Below, piece by piece: positions 62,286 through 63,785 of a DNA stretch of 63,785 nt. The stretch covers positions 1,098,923 through 1,162,707 of the forward strand of contig BFEA01000029.1 in NCBI GenBank assembly GCA_003427395.1, written 5' to 3'. Numbering within the stretch: position 1 is the first letter of the stretch; every line of letters starts with the position of its first letter. The position numbers and the translations under genes are program-made. A model generated the notes under the pieces. The model searched no databases. It worked only from the letters and a program-made list of their open reading frames with translations, and was not told the DNA's origin. The DNA comes from Chara braunii (Eukaryota; Plantae; Charophyceae).

Positions 62286-63785
62286 AGGAACAAGGCACTA
62301 ATCTGCTGGTGGACCCACGGTACTATCTACAATAATGATAGTTTCGTATCTTCTTTTTCGTTGCTGTTGAAACAACGCTATATTCTTCTCTCAAGTCCAT
62401 ATCACATCCAACTATGCTGATGTCACCTTTGAGTGATGTGCGAAAAAAACACGCGCCAGCAAAGAAATCAGCCGCTGACCACCTACCATCTTTACCCGAA
62501 AAGAATCTCCAGTCATTATAGCTGTACTTGGTGCAACTTTCAGTCTCGGTATAGCCATAGCGACCATCCGTTCTATTCGGTATAGCCATAGCAACTTTCA
62601 GTTTCGGTAGGCCGTGGTGTCAGGCCGGGTGTCATAACTACAGGGGTCGGCCATGGTGTCAGACGGGGAAAAGGGGGAAAAAAAAAAGGCCTGAAGGATC
62701 GTTTTCTACCGATATTGCATGTTCAAACTTGGCAGCTGTTTTCTTTGCAGGCGCGAGTTCTTTTTGCCTTTGCGAACTCAAAACCTGCCGTATTTGTACT
62801 TCTTTCTTCTTCTTATTATTGATTGTATGGATTCTGGAGTTAACACTGCTCTTTCAAGAGTTGTCCGCATGCCAGGCTGTGTCCTCCCGAGCAGGATTGT
62901 GATTATGAAGTCATATCAGGTCCTGCTCCGATCCCTACTTGGGCCTGGTTCCACTACTCACCACATGCACAAAAGACAAAAAATATGGCGGTGTATCTAG
63001 CGGCAGAGTCATTCTCATTTTTCAGGTTTGGTGAGTAGTGCAAAGAGGCCCCAAAAGAGAGGAATGGCAGAGAAAATGAGAATGGGAAGTTGATGCCAGT
63101 GGGCCTGGATTCAGGGCATACTCACACTAGCAATACCTTTACTGCATCTGACCACTTTTACGGCCAGACCTGAATGAATCTGGCCGCAATTGCATCCAAA
63201 AATAAGTAAATGAGCCCCAGTAGTATGTACTCACAGTGAAAAGGTCCTCCACAGGCATACCGACATTGGGACACCCTGTTCATCCTTTTGTCTTTTAATT
63301 TGAAATCATATCTGTGCTTCAACATTTCATAGGGGTATCACCCAGAGGTGGCAACTGGGTAACCGTTGCCCGTACCCGACCTTACCCAACTATAACCAGC
63401 AGGATATGGGCAGGTATGGGTACCCTTCCGGAGGGGGGCATCGGTATGGGCAGGCATAAATTTTATTTATGGATTTCAGGACAGGCACGGTTGCACTGTG
63501 TGGAGATCACGGGCAGGCATGGGCAGATAGTGGCGGGGAAAAGGGAAAAAACGCAGGTATGGGCGGCCAAGAAAAACAAAAGCATGGGTACGGTCGTTAT
63601 AGGGTGGTGAAAAAAAGAACCACATGGGTATGGGCGGTTAGGCAATTCTGTCGGGTACCCGTACCTAATATCCACCGCCCCCCCACCCCCCCCCCTCCTC
63701 CCCTTCATCCCAGGAAATATGCAGACTGGCGGAGCTGTTTTTTCTTAGGCACAATTTTTTTTTCCTGGCTCGAAAGGCGAGAGAG

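Noticed and set aside
63343-63680. hAT-type MITE with acccg subterminal motifs
   Set aside because: The left end looks TIR-like, but the right TIR and TSD could not be matched.

Overview
Eukaryotic nuclear scaffold with many N gaps and dense (GA)n/poly(A) tracts. It is most consistent with a charophyte alga such as Chara. This is an inference from a plant-type U6, plant-type mitochondrial trnY/trnR, and a mitochondrial rpl16-rpl14 linkage (rpl14 is absent from land-plant mtDNA). The window is almost entirely transposon-derived: a full-length, TSD-flanked L1-like LINE (16642-24389, -), a second near-complete degenerate L1 (about 53.4-60.3 kb, +), several LINE 3' fragments, a degenerate Ty3/gypsy element (about 37.7-48.2 kb, -), two related LTRs, MITEs, a hAT-like and a long-TIR element, and tRNA-derived SINE heads. 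The one convincing host gene is a two-exon, prokaryote-like DUF4332 helix-hairpin-helix protein (7448-7600 + 11453-11722), whose intron holds a retroposed U6 copy. Most notable observations: (1) a canonical PHD finger between RNase H and integrase in the Ty3 pol; (2) covarying H-type pseudoknots shared by LINE 3' UTRs; (3) the intron-containing DUF4332 gene; (4) a minimal type I hammerhead ribozyme; (5) a Ulp1 SUMO-protease fragment replacing part of pol; (6) a mosaic NUMT fused to a LINE. Nextera mate-pair adapters at about 52.7-53.1 kb mark a local assembly artefact. All family assignments come from motif recognition by eye; no database searches were run.
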